NCBI GenBank assembly: GCA_964525185.1
Contig: CAZGFQ010000004.1
Coordinates: 26,890 to 90,889 of the forward strand
Reading direction: 5' to 3'
DNA from: an uncultured bacterium
GTDB lineage: Bacteria > Fidelibacterota > Marinisomatia > Marinisomatales > UBA1611
DNA length: 64,000 nt
Positions 31,571 through 40,193 of this stretch are shown here, piece after piece (positions within the stretch are counted from its first letter, which is position 1; each line of letters starts with the position of its first letter). The notes under the pieces are model-generated. The model saw only the letters and a list, made by a program, of their open reading frames with translations. It was not told the origin of the DNA and searched no databases. The position numbers were made by a program, and so were the translations under genes.

Positions 31571-31601
31571 TTGTATCTTTAATAATACTTGCAAGATACA
31601 A
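31571..31601 (+). other. 9-bp perfect inverted repeat (hairpin) 4 nt upstream of the queD start
   Basis: ttgtatctt (31571-31579) and aagatacaa (31593-31601) flank a 13-nt loop. It may be the ilvE operon terminator-like hairpin or a queD translational element. No clean U-tract follows. Confidence 0.3.
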
Positions 31602-31605
31602 ATAA

Positions 31606-32013
31606 ATGTCAAATCCAATCATCACTAAACGATTCCATTTCTGTGCTGCCCATCAATATGGACAGAGAGATTGGCCTCAAGAAAAAAATATTCAAATTTT
31701 TGGAAAAGATGCGAAAGTTCATGGGCATAATTACACCCTTGAAGTCAGTGTAACGGGTGCTATAAACACAGAAACTGGGTGGCTTATTGATCTAGGACAT
31801 TTAAAAAATATTGTTAATGAGAATGTCATTAAAGTATTAGATCATAGTCGCATTGAGAGTGATATATCTTGGTTTAAAAATAAACAGCCATCATCAGAAA
31901 ATATGGTCATATTTATTTGGTCTCAAATTAATAAAGATTTGAAAGAAGGATATCTGCACCGCATTCGATTAATCGAAACTGAAACAATTTTTACAGATTA
32001 TTATGGAGATTGA
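31606..32013 (+). CDS. queD: 6-carboxy-5,6,7,8-tetrahydropterin synthase
   Basis: 135 aa. PTPS/QueD signature FCAAHQY ... VHGHNYTLEV. Confidence 0.9.
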   Translation: MSNPIITKRFHFCAAHQYGQRDWPQEKNIQIFGKDAKVHGHNYTLEVSVTGAINTETGWLIDLGHLKNIVNENVIKVLDHSRIESDISWFKNKQPSSENMVIFIWSQINKDLKEGYLHRIRLIETETIFTDYYGD

Positions 32014-32016
32014 TTT

Positions 32017-32712
32017 TTGAAATTTAGTGATCGTTTTTACCTGATTTTAGCTGGAATATTTATTTCTTCCTTAATTACGGCTAATTTAATTTTTCAGAAA
32101 TTTTTTACATGGTCACCGTTTGGAATTTATACTTTTGAATTATCCGTTGGCATTCTACCGTATCCAATTACATTTTTATGCACTGATTTAATTTCTGAAT
32201 TGTATGGGAAAAAGAAGGCAGACCAAGTTGTATTAGCCGGATTAATTTCAAGTGTATTTGTAATGGGGGTAGTTCTATTAGCAAATGCGATGGAATCAAC
32301 CATATGGTCTCCAGTAAATGACAGTGTATTTAATCAAGTGTTTGGTCTTTTTGGACCCGCAGTATTTGCGTCCATGATTGCCTATTTGATTGCACAATTT
32401 ATTGATATTAGGGTTTTTCACTTTTGGAAACGTTTGACAAAAGGGAAGCATTTATGGCTTAGAAATAACGGGTCAACAATTGTATCACAATTAGTAGACA
32501 CATCATCGGTATTATTCTTATTATGTTTTTCAAATGTTATAGAATGGCAAAAATTTTGGCCTTTATTAATGAATGGATTTTTATTCAAAATGTTAGTTGC
32601 ATTATTTGATACTCCATTATTTTATTTAGGAGTATGGTTATTGAAGGATAAAATTCATGAAGATCCTGATGAACTAACTTGGGCAGGGTCGATTGAAGGG
32701 GGAGAAAAATAA
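32017..32712 (+). CDS. yhhQ: Queuosine precursor transporter (YhhQ/DUF165 family)
   Basis: 231 aa, multi-pass membrane protein. [17 protein letters not shown] and IVSQLVDT motifs. TTG start. Confidence 0.8.
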   Translation: MKFSDRFYLILAGIFISSLITANLIFQKFFTWSPFGIYTFELSVGILPYPITFLCTDLISELYGKKKADQVVLAGLISSVFVMGVVLLANAMESTIWSPVNDSVFNQVFGLFGPAVFASMIAYLIAQFIDIRVFHFWKRLTKGKHLWLRNNGSTIVSQLVDTSSVLFLLCFSNVIEWQKFWPLLMNGFLFKMLVALFDTPLFYLGVWLLKDKIHEDPDELTWAGSIEGGEK

Positions 32713-33287
32713 TGAATGTTAAAAATAAAAAAATAATCGAATCTTTAACTTATGATTTATTGAAAGAAATAGGAGAAGATCCAAGTCGAGAAGGATTGCT
32801 GAAAACGCCAGAACGCGTTTCTAAAGCTTGGGAATATTTTTCTCAGGGCTATAAGCTATCAATAGATGAAGTAATTAATAATGCTATCTTTACAGAATCA
32901 TCTGAAGATATGGTGATCGTTCGTGATATCGAATTTTTTAGTTTTTGTGAACACCATTTATTACCATTCTTTGGAAAAGCGCATGTTGGTTATTTACCTA
33001 ATGGTAAAATAATTGGATTATCTAAAATCCCGAGAATTATAGACATGTTTTCAAGAAGACTCCAAGTACAAGAACGGTTAACTCACCAAGTAGCAGAAAC
33101 ATTGAATGATGTTTTGTCACCGCGCGGTGTAGCTGTAGTAATGGAAGGGAGACATATGTGTATGCAAATGCGTGGAGTCGAAAAACAGAATAGTTTTGCA
33201 TCAACATCTTCTATGATTGGACAGTTTAGAAAATCAGCTGAAACTCGTTCAGAATTTTTAAGCATTATTGGAACAAAGTCTCTATAA
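32712..33287 (+). CDS. folE: GTP cyclohydrolase I
   Basis: 191 aa. [22 protein letters not shown] and RLQVQERLT. Confidence 0.95.
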   Translation: MNVKNKKIIESLTYDLLKEIGEDPSREGLLKTPERVSKAWEYFSQGYKLSIDEVINNAIFTESSEDMVIVRDIEFFSFCEHHLLPFFGKAHVGYLPNGKIIGLSKIPRIIDMFSRRLQVQERLTHQVAETLNDVLSPRGVAVVMEGRHMCMQMRGVEKQNSFASTSSMIGQFRKSAETRSEFLSIIGTKSL

Positions 33288-33292
33288 ATAAA

Positions 33293-34675
33293 ATGAAAAA
33301 TCAATATAATTGCGTTGTTTTGGGAGGTGGACCCGGAGGATATGTTGCAGCTATTCGTGCTTCACAACTTGGGCTAAAGACGGCAATAATCGAAAAAGAT
33401 AAACTTGGAGGTATTTGCCTAAATTGGGGTTGTATCCCAACTAAAGCATTATTAAAAAATGCCGAAGTATTACACACAATTAAAAATAGTAAAAAATATG
33501 GCATTAATGTTGATGGCTTTTCTGTTGATTTCCCAGCAAATATAAAACGCAGTCGCCAAGTATCTGAACGATTATCAAAAGGTATTGGTTTTTTGATGAA
33601 GAAAAACAATATTGAGCATATAGTTGGCAATGGGAAATTAATTGATTCAAATACTCTATTAATTGATGATAGTAAAAAAGTAACAGCTGATTATATCATT
33701 ATTGCTACTGGCGCACGCCCCAGATCATTCCCAAATATGAAGGTAGATGGCGATAGAATCATCGGATCTAAACAAGCCATGTTATTGGATAAACCTCCTA
33801 AAGATATGATTGTTATTGGGTCGGGAGCAATTGGATCAGAGTTTGCCTATTATTATAATGTATTTGGCACAAAAATTCATTTGGTAGAAATGATGGATAG
33901 AGTGCTTCCGCTTGAAGATAAGGATGTTTCAAAGGTTATTGAAAATTCCTTTAAAAAAGCAGGAATGAAAATATATACATCTACAACAGTAAGCAAAATT
34001 GAAGTACTAAAAACAAAAGTTAAAGTTTATACAGAATGTAATGGAAAGAATAAAATATTAGAGGGAGAAAAAGCATTATTAGCTGTTGGTGTTACAGGGA
34101 ATATAGAAAATATTGGGTTAAAGAAAGTTGGTATTAAATCAGAAAAAGGTTCCATTCTCATTAATGAATTTAATCAAACAAATATATCGAATATTTATGC
34201 CATTGGTGATGTTTCAGGTCCGCCATGGTTAGCTCATGTTGCTTCTGCCCAAGGACATGTTGCCGCTGAACATATTGCATCACATTCCACACTCCCAGTT
34301 GATTATTCAAATATTCCTGGTTGTACTTATTGTCAACCGCAAGTAGGGTCCATAGGTTTGACGGAGGAGCAAGCTGTTGAGCAAGAGTTTGATGTAAAGG
34401 TTGGTAAATTTGAATTTCGAGCAAGCGGGAAAGCAATGGCTACAGGCGATACTGTAGGGTTTGTAAAACTTATTTTTGATAAAAAGTATGGTGAACTATT
34501 AGGCGCACATATTGTTGGTTCCGAAGCAACTGAACTCATTGCGGAATTAGGGCTGGCTAAAGCGCTTGAATCAACATGGGAAGAGTTAGCATTAACTATT
34601 CATGCACATCCTACATTATCTGAGGCTATAATGGAAGCGGCCTTAGATGCATTTACCGGATCCATACATCAATGA
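33293..34675 (+). CDS. lpdA: Dihydrolipoyl dehydrogenase (E3)
   Basis: 460 aa. GGGPGGY, redox disulfide GGICLNWGCIPTK, HAHPTLSE. Confidence 0.95.
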   Translation: MKNQYNCVVLGGGPGGYVAAIRASQLGLKTAIIEKDKLGGICLNWGCIPTKALLKNAEVLHTIKNSKKYGINVDGFSVDFPANIKRSRQVSERLSKGIGFLMKKNNIEHIVGNGKLIDSNTLLIDDSKKVTADYIIIATGARPRSFPNMKVDGDRIIGSKQAMLLDKPPKDMIVIGSGAIGSEFAYYYNVFGTKIHLVEMMDRVLPLEDKDVSKVIENSFKKAGMKIYTSTTVSKIEVLKTKVKVYTECNGKNKILEGEKALLAVGVTGNIENIGLKKVGIKSEKGSILINEFNQTNISNIYAIGDVSGPPWLAHVASAQGHVAAEHIASHSTLPVDYSNIPGCTYCQPQVGSIGLTEEQAVEQEFDVKVGKFEFRASGKAMATGDTVGFVKLIFDKKYGELLGAHIVGSEATELIAELGLAKALESTWEELALTIHAHPTLSEAIMEAALDAFTGSIHQ

Positions 34676-35325
34676 TTAACTCAGAAATTGGTAAAATTGA
34701 TATTTTAGATTTAGGGGTATGTCCCTACAAAAATGTTTGGGCTATGCAAAAAGAACTCCAACAAAAAAGAATCAATGGAACTATTGAAGATACACTGATT
34801 CTCGTGGAGCATGAACCTGTTTACACGCTAGGAAAAAATGCAAACAAGAACCATTTACTTCAAAACAGAGATAAATCAGTTAAAGTATATAATATTGAAC
34901 GTGGAGGCGATATTACGTACCACGGTCCAGGGCAATTGGTGGGGTATCCCATTTTAGATTTATCCAATTATCAAAAAAGCGTTAGTTGGTATATGCGGAA
35001 GCTAGAACAAGTCATTATTGACCTTATGAAGCATTATGGAATTAATGCTAAAAGAAATAAAGGGTTAACAGGTGTATGGGTTGGAGATGAAAAAATTGCC
35101 GCATTGGGGGTTCGGATTAGTCGTTGGGTAACAATGCATGGTTTTTCACTTAATGTTAATACAGATTTACGTTTCTATGATGGCATTATTCCTTGTGGAA
35201 TTTTAGAATATAGCGTAACAAGTATGGAAGAAATTTTATCTCGAAGCATAAATGTTTCTACAGTAAAACCCAATCTAATTAAGATATTTAATACACAATT
35301 TTCAAAGGAGAAGGTGAATGCCTAG
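34672..35325 (+). CDS. lipB: Octanoyltransferase
   Basis: 217 aa. RGGDITYHGPGQLVGYPI. ATGA overlap with lpdA. Confidence 0.92.
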   Translation: MINSEIGKIDILDLGVCPYKNVWAMQKELQQKRINGTIEDTLILVEHEPVYTLGKNANKNHLLQNRDKSVKVYNIERGGDITYHGPGQLVGYPILDLSNYQKSVSWYMRKLEQVIIDLMKHYGINAKRNKGLTGVWVGDEKIAALGVRISRWVTMHGFSLNVNTDLRFYDGIIPCGILEYSVTSMEEILSRSINVSTVKPNLIKIFNTQFSKEKVNA

Positions 35326-37324
35326 ACTTCACGGATATACAAAAAAAACATTAATAGAATTATACTCTAACATGGTAACAGCTCGCCGTTTAGATGAGAA
35401 AATGATGATGTTACTCCGTCAAGGGAAAGCATTTTTCTTAACATCTTGTTCTGGACATGAAGCTGCACAATTGGCCGCTGCCCAAAATATAAAACCAGGA
35501 GAAGATTGGTCTTATGTGTATTATAGAGATGCTGCTTATGCATTAGGGTTAGGGACAACATCACGAGAACATTTATTATCATTTTTGGCAAAAAAAGATG
35601 ATCCTGACTCTGGTGGTAGGCAATTCCCCTATCATTTTAGTCGAAAAGATTTAAGGATAGTAAGCCCATCGAGTGCAACCGGAATGCAATATCTCCATGC
35701 AGTTGGGGCTGGGTTAGCAATCAAATGGGAAAAATCAAGGGAAGTTGTGTATGTTTCTTCTGGGGAAGGGACAACCAGTCAGGGGGATTTTCATGAAGCA
35801 TTAAATTGGGCAAGTCGAGAAAAATTGCCTGTCATTTTTCATATTCAAGATAATGAATATGCTATTAGTGTACATAAATCTCAACAGACCGCTGGTGGAT
35901 CAATTTATAAAATGGTAGGAGGCTATCAAAATTTGGCTAGGTTCGATGTGGATGGCACTGATTTTTTTGAAACAGACTTAGCATTTAAAAATGCAGTGGA
36001 TCGAGGGCGCAAAGGAAAAGGGCCATCTGTAATTATTTCACATGTTGTTCGTTTATTACCCCATTCTTCATCTGACGACCACCGAAAATATAGGTCAGAT
36101 AAAGAATTAGATTCCTTATCCGAGAGAGATCCGATTTTTAAGTTTGAAAATACATGCATTCAAGAAAAAATATTAACTAAAAAAGAATTTGAAAAAATTA
36201 AAACGGATATTTTTAATAAAGTAAATGAGGACGCTGAATGGGCTGAAGCTCAGGATTTCCCTGAAGCATCAACCGCATTAGATCATTTATATTCAAGCGA
36301 TACTCCCTTAGAAGAAACAGAAGTCAATATTATTAATGATAAAGTTGTGTTGATTGATGCTATAAACCATGCATTATCCGAAGAGTTGAAACATAATTCA
36401 AAAATGGTTATTTATGGTGAGGATGTAGCTGATCCAAAAGGAGGTGTTTTTACAGGAACAAAAGGTTTAACAACAAAATATGGTCAGAACCGTGTCTTTA
36501 ATTCGCCACTAGCAGAATCATCTATCGCAGGAACGGCAGTCGGTCTTGCAGCAGCAGGATATAAACCTGTTGTTGAAATACAATTTGGAGATTATATCTG
36601 GACCGCTATGATGCAAATAAAAGATGAAATAACCATGGTTCGTTATCGATCAAATGGTGAATTTGAATGCCCCGTTGTTATTCGAGTTCCTGTAGGTGGA
36701 TATATCCATGGCGGACCATATCATAGTCAATCTATTGATAGTTATTTTTACCATATGCCGGGTGTTTATGTTGCTTATCCATCGAATGCTGCAGATGCTA
36801 AAGGATTATTGAAAGCTGCATGTCGGATGAATGATCCAGTACTCTTTTTTGAGCATAAAGGTCTTTATCGACAAGGGTATGCGGCAAGTCCAGAGCCAGA
36901 TGAAAATTATATACTCCCCTTTGGGAAAGCAAACATAGTTCAACCTGGGGATACATTTACTTTGATTACTTGGGGAGCAATGGTTCAGAAATCATTAGAA
37001 GCAATTAAAGCAAGTCAATTTGAAAGTGGGTTGATTGAAGTAATTGATATTCGCACGTTGAACCCAGTTGATTGGGATACACTTTATTCATCCGTAACAA
37101 AAACCGGAAAAGTTCTCATTGTCCATGAAGATACACTTACAGGTGGTCTAGGTGGTGAAATTTCTGCTAGAATTACAGAAGATTTATTTGAAGAATTGGA
37201 TGGGCCTATAAAGCGAGTTGGGGCAAAAGATTGTCATATACCATACCACTCAAATTTGGAAGATGTCATTTTACCGCAAACGGATGATATTGTTGAGGCT
37301 TTAGTTGAAATAATGGAGTATTAA
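35318..37324 (+). CDS. 2-oxoacid dehydrogenase E1 component, fused alpha/beta subunits
   Basis: 668 aa in one frame. N-terminal TPP-binding E1-alpha (GEGTTSQGDFHEALNWA) joined to an E1-beta transketolase-like half (FNSPLAESSIAGTAVGLA). Confidence 0.9.
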   Translation: MPRLHGYTKKTLIELYSNMVTARRLDEKMMMLLRQGKAFFLTSCSGHEAAQLAAAQNIKPGEDWSYVYYRDAAYALGLGTTSREHLLSFLAKKDDPDSGGRQFPYHFSRKDLRIVSPSSATGMQYLHAVGAGLAIKWEKSREVVYVSSGEGTTSQGDFHEALNWASREKLPVIFHIQDNEYAISVHKSQQTAGGSIYKMVGGYQNLARFDVDGTDFFETDLAFKNAVDRGRKGKGPSVIISHVVRLLPHSSSDDHRKYRSDKELDSLSERDPIFKFENTCIQEKILTKKEFEKIKTDIFNKVNEDAEWAEAQDFPEASTALDHLYSSDTPLEETEVNIINDKVVLIDAINHALSEELKHNSKMVIYGEDVADPKGGVFTGTKGLTTKYGQNRVFNSPLAESSIAGTAVGLAAAGYKPVVEIQFGDYIWTAMMQIKDEITMVRYRSNGEFECPVVIRVPVGGYIHGGPYHSQSIDSYFYHMPGVYVAYPSNAADAKGLLKAACRMNDPVLFFEHKGLYRQGYAASPEPDENYILPFGKANIVQPGDTFTLITWGAMVQKSLEAIKASQFESGLIEVIDIRTLNPVDWDTLYSSVTKTGKVLIVHEDTLTGGLGGEISARITEDLFEELDGPIKRVGAKDCHIPYHSNLEDVILPQTDDIVEALVEIMEY

Positions 37325-38583
37325 TGATTGTAGATGTAATTATGCCAAAAATGGGAGAATCCATAACAGATGGAACGATTCTGGAATGGAGGAAGAATGT
37401 TGGTGAATTTGTAGAAAAAGATGAACTATTTCTCGAAATTGGTACAGATAAAGTAGACTCTGAAATTCCATCTATTGAGTCCGGAATTCTCGTTGAAATT
37501 TGTGCCGATATTAATGAAGTAGTGGATGTTGGAGAAGTTATTGCGCGGATTGAAACAGATGTGGATGCTGTCGGAGATATTGATACTTCGCCACCTAAAA
37601 AAGTTGATCCAAAACCTTCCGAACCTATTGAATTACCTAAAGTTGAACCAAAACAAGATTCGCAAAAGCCTAAAAGTAAAAAACCTAAAGGTAAAATATT
37701 TATTACACCTGTTGTAATGAAAATAGCTCAAGAAAATAATATTTCAACCGAAATACTGAATACAATCCCTGGTTCTGGTCGAGGTGGACGTGTTACAAAA
37801 AAAGATATTTTAAATTATCTAAATAATAAACCACCATTTAGTGATACTGATTCACAATCAATTGATGTTTCTGAATTAGAAGGAAAGTCGGAAGAAATGG
37901 GGCACATGCGGAAATTAATTGCTGAACATATGCGCCGGAGCTTGGATACATCAGCTCATGTTTATGTCGCAACAGAAGTTGATATGTCACCTATCATGGA
38001 ATATATCAATAATGCAGGGGATCCATTTCACCAAAAAGAAGGATATAATTTAACTGTTACACCATTTGTCATAATGGCTTGTGTACATGCATTAAAATCA
38101 TTCCCAGAAATGAATGCATCCTTAGATGGAGATAAAATCATTTTCCATAAACATTTGAATATTGGAATGGCTGTAGCCGTCGAAAATGGGTTAATGGTTC
38201 CCACTCTATCCAAATGCGAGGAAATGAATTTTCTTGGTGTATGTCGAAAAGTAAACGATATCGCTCAAAGAACAAGATCTAAACAAATTTCACCAGACGA
38301 ACTACAGGGAAGTACATTTTCTATAACAAATTTTGGTGTATTTAATGTTACGATGGGCCTTCCAATCATTAATCAACCAAATGTGGGAATTCTAGGTGTA
38401 GGGACAATACGTAAACGCCCCGTTGTAATTGAATCAGTAGATGGGGATTCGATTGGAATTAAAAGTATCATGATGCTTTCGTTAGGGTTTGACCATCGAT
38501 TAGTGGATGGCGCTGGAGGGAGTAAATTTATTGATCGAGTTCGGGAAGAACTTGAAACCTTTAATTTGGAAAATTTGTTCTAA
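37324..38583 (+). CDS. Dihydrolipoamide acyltransferase (E2)
   Basis: 419 aa. Lipoyl domain (EIGTDKVDSEIPS), P/K-rich linker, E3-binding domain (ITPVVMKIAQENNI), catalytic DHRLVDG. Confidence 0.93.
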   Translation: MIVDVIMPKMGESITDGTILEWRKNVGEFVEKDELFLEIGTDKVDSEIPSIESGILVEICADINEVVDVGEVIARIETDVDAVGDIDTSPPKKVDPKPSEPIELPKVEPKQDSQKPKSKKPKGKIFITPVVMKIAQENNISTEILNTIPGSGRGGRVTKKDILNYLNNKPPFSDTDSQSIDVSELEGKSEEMGHMRKLIAEHMRRSLDTSAHVYVATEVDMSPIMEYINNAGDPFHQKEGYNLTVTPFVIMACVHALKSFPEMNASLDGDKIIFHKHLNIGMAVAVENGLMVPTLSKCEEMNFLGVCRKVNDIAQRTRSKQISPDELQGSTFSITNFGVFNVTMGLPIINQPNVGILGVGTIRKRPVVIESVDGDSIGIKSIMMLSLGFDHRLVDGAGGSKFIDRVREELETFNLENLF

Positions 38584-38584
38584 C

Positions 38585-39457
38585 ATGGGGATGATTTCTC
38601 CCAGACCATTAAAACCTAAAATACACATTCATTATGGTGAAAAATTTAGGTCAACGCAATCAGCTGTTCAGGAAGGACACCTAAATACTGTATGTGAAGA
38701 GGCAAAATGCCCAAATGTATTTGAATGTTGGAATCTTGGAATTGCTACTTTAATGATTCTAGGAGATGTATGTACTCGTGCGTGTGGTTTTTGTTCTGTA
38801 AAAACAGGTAAACCGACTTGGTACGATTTAAATGAGCCGCAACGAACGGCAGAAGCTGTTTTGAAAATGGGTTTACGTCATGTGGTAATTACATCTGTTG
38901 ATCGGGATGATTTAAAAAATGATTATGGATCATTTATTTGGTCAAGAACGATTGAATCCATTCGTGAATCAAATCCTGATTGTACGATTGAAGTATTAAC
39001 ACCTGATTTTAAAAATGACAAGCAAGCTCTTAATCGTGTTTTTAATGCAAAACCTGATATTTTTAGCCATAATTTGGAATGCGCGCAACATATTAGTAAA
39101 GCTGTAAGAAGTCAAGCGAGTTGGAGTATAAGTTTAGACGTACTTCGGCAATCAGTTGAATTTGGATTATTAACAAAAACAGGTATGATGGTTGGGCTGG
39201 GGGAAAGAAATGATCATGTTTTAGATACGATGGAACAGGCATCAAATATTGGCGTAAAGGTTTTTACAATTGGTCAATATTTACAACCAACAAAAAAACA
39301 TTTGCCAGTTAGCAGATATGTATCTGATAACGAATTTAAAATGTATAAAATTGAAGGATTTAAAATGGGGTTTAGAGTAGTTGAATCTGGACCTTTAGTA
39401 CGGAGTTCTTATCATGCTGATCAACAAGCAAACATAATATTGAAAGAAAAAAAATGA
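38585..39457 (+). CDS. lipA: Lipoyl synthase
   Basis: Start set at ATG 38585, right after the E2 stop. Auxiliary cluster CEEAKCPNVFEC and radical-SAM CTRACGFCSV. Confidence 0.95.
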   Translation: MGMISPRPLKPKIHIHYGEKFRSTQSAVQEGHLNTVCEEAKCPNVFECWNLGIATLMILGDVCTRACGFCSVKTGKPTWYDLNEPQRTAEAVLKMGLRHVVITSVDRDDLKNDYGSFIWSRTIESIRESNPDCTIEVLTPDFKNDKQALNRVFNAKPDIFSHNLECAQHISKAVRSQASWSISLDVLRQSVEFGLLTKTGMMVGLGERNDHVLDTMEQASNIGVKVFTIGQYLQPTKKHLPVSRYVSDNEFKMYKIEGFKMGFRVVESGPLVRSSYHADQQANIILKEKK

Positions 39458-40086
39458 ATAAAAATAAAAATTTGGTTTATGGTTTCATAATCATTGCTGG
39501 TATTTTTCTTGCATACATTACAACACAAGATAAAGTACCAGAACGCTTTAAAACGGGTATAATTGAAGAAAACCATCAAGTTGCAAATAGAGGAGAATCT
39601 CGTATCTCACTCCAACCTGGATATACGCAAATTGGCACTATACAAGCCAATATTCCGCAAAGCTGGTCGAGAGAAACGCCTTCTTCAAATATGCGTATTG
39701 CCCAATTTCGTCTTCCTAAAGTAAATGGTGATTCTGAAGATGGGTCCATTGCCGTTTTTGCAGGAATCGGTGGAGGAATTGAAGGAAATATTAATCGCTG
39801 GCTAGGACAATTTAAACGCCCTGATGGAAAACCCATGAGTCAATTTGCTACTATTTCAAGGGAAACAGTTGGACATTTTAATGTTACTTTTGTGTCAGCA
39901 GAAGGAACATTACTGGCATCATCCATGGGAGGTCCTGGCGGTGAGAAAACTGGATATTACTTATTAGCGGCCATTGTGGAAACACATTCAGATCCGTATT
40001 TTTTTAAGGGAACGGGTCCATTGTTAACAATGAAAGGGCATGAAGAATCATTCATGGCGTTTATTAGGTCAATTTTAGAATTGTAA
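39454..40086 (+). CDS. Hypothetical membrane-anchored protein
   Basis: 210 aa. N-terminal TM helix (LVYGFIIIAGIFLAYI). ATGA overlap with lipA. No family recognised. Confidence 0.6.
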   Translation: MNKNKNLVYGFIIIAGIFLAYITTQDKVPERFKTGIIEENHQVANRGESRISLQPGYTQIGTIQANIPQSWSRETPSSNMRIAQFRLPKVNGDSEDGSIAVFAGIGGGIEGNINRWLGQFKRPDGKPMSQFATISRETVGHFNVTFVSAEGTLLASSMGGPGGEKTGYYLLAAIVETHSDPYFFKGTGPLLTMKGHEESFMAFIRSILEL

Positions 40087-40148
40087 AGTATACGCCATTA
40101 TTGCAAACTTTATTTACTTTTACAGACGAATAAACATCATTTAGCGAA

Positions 40149-40164
40149 TGGCACAATTGTTGCC
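40149..40164 (+). promoter_or_regulatory. Sigma-54-type -24/-12 promoter element (TGGCAC-N5-TTGC) upstream of lon
   Basis: tggcac aattg ttgcc matches the core consensus with exact GG/GC spacing, 30 nt before the lon ATG on the correct strand. It also forms part of a nested inverted repeat, cgaat-tggca ... tgcca-acaa-attcg (40145-40174). Confidence 0.45.
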
Positions 40165-40193
40165 AACAAATTCGTAACGATTGAAAGAAGATT

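Noticed and set aside
31521-31605. preQ1 riboswitch upstream of queD.
   Set aside because: The spacer is only 85 nt. The hairpin and tail do not match the preQ1-I consensus as I remember it (a short P1 followed by an A-rich ..AAAAAACUA.. tail). It is kept only as a generic hairpin.
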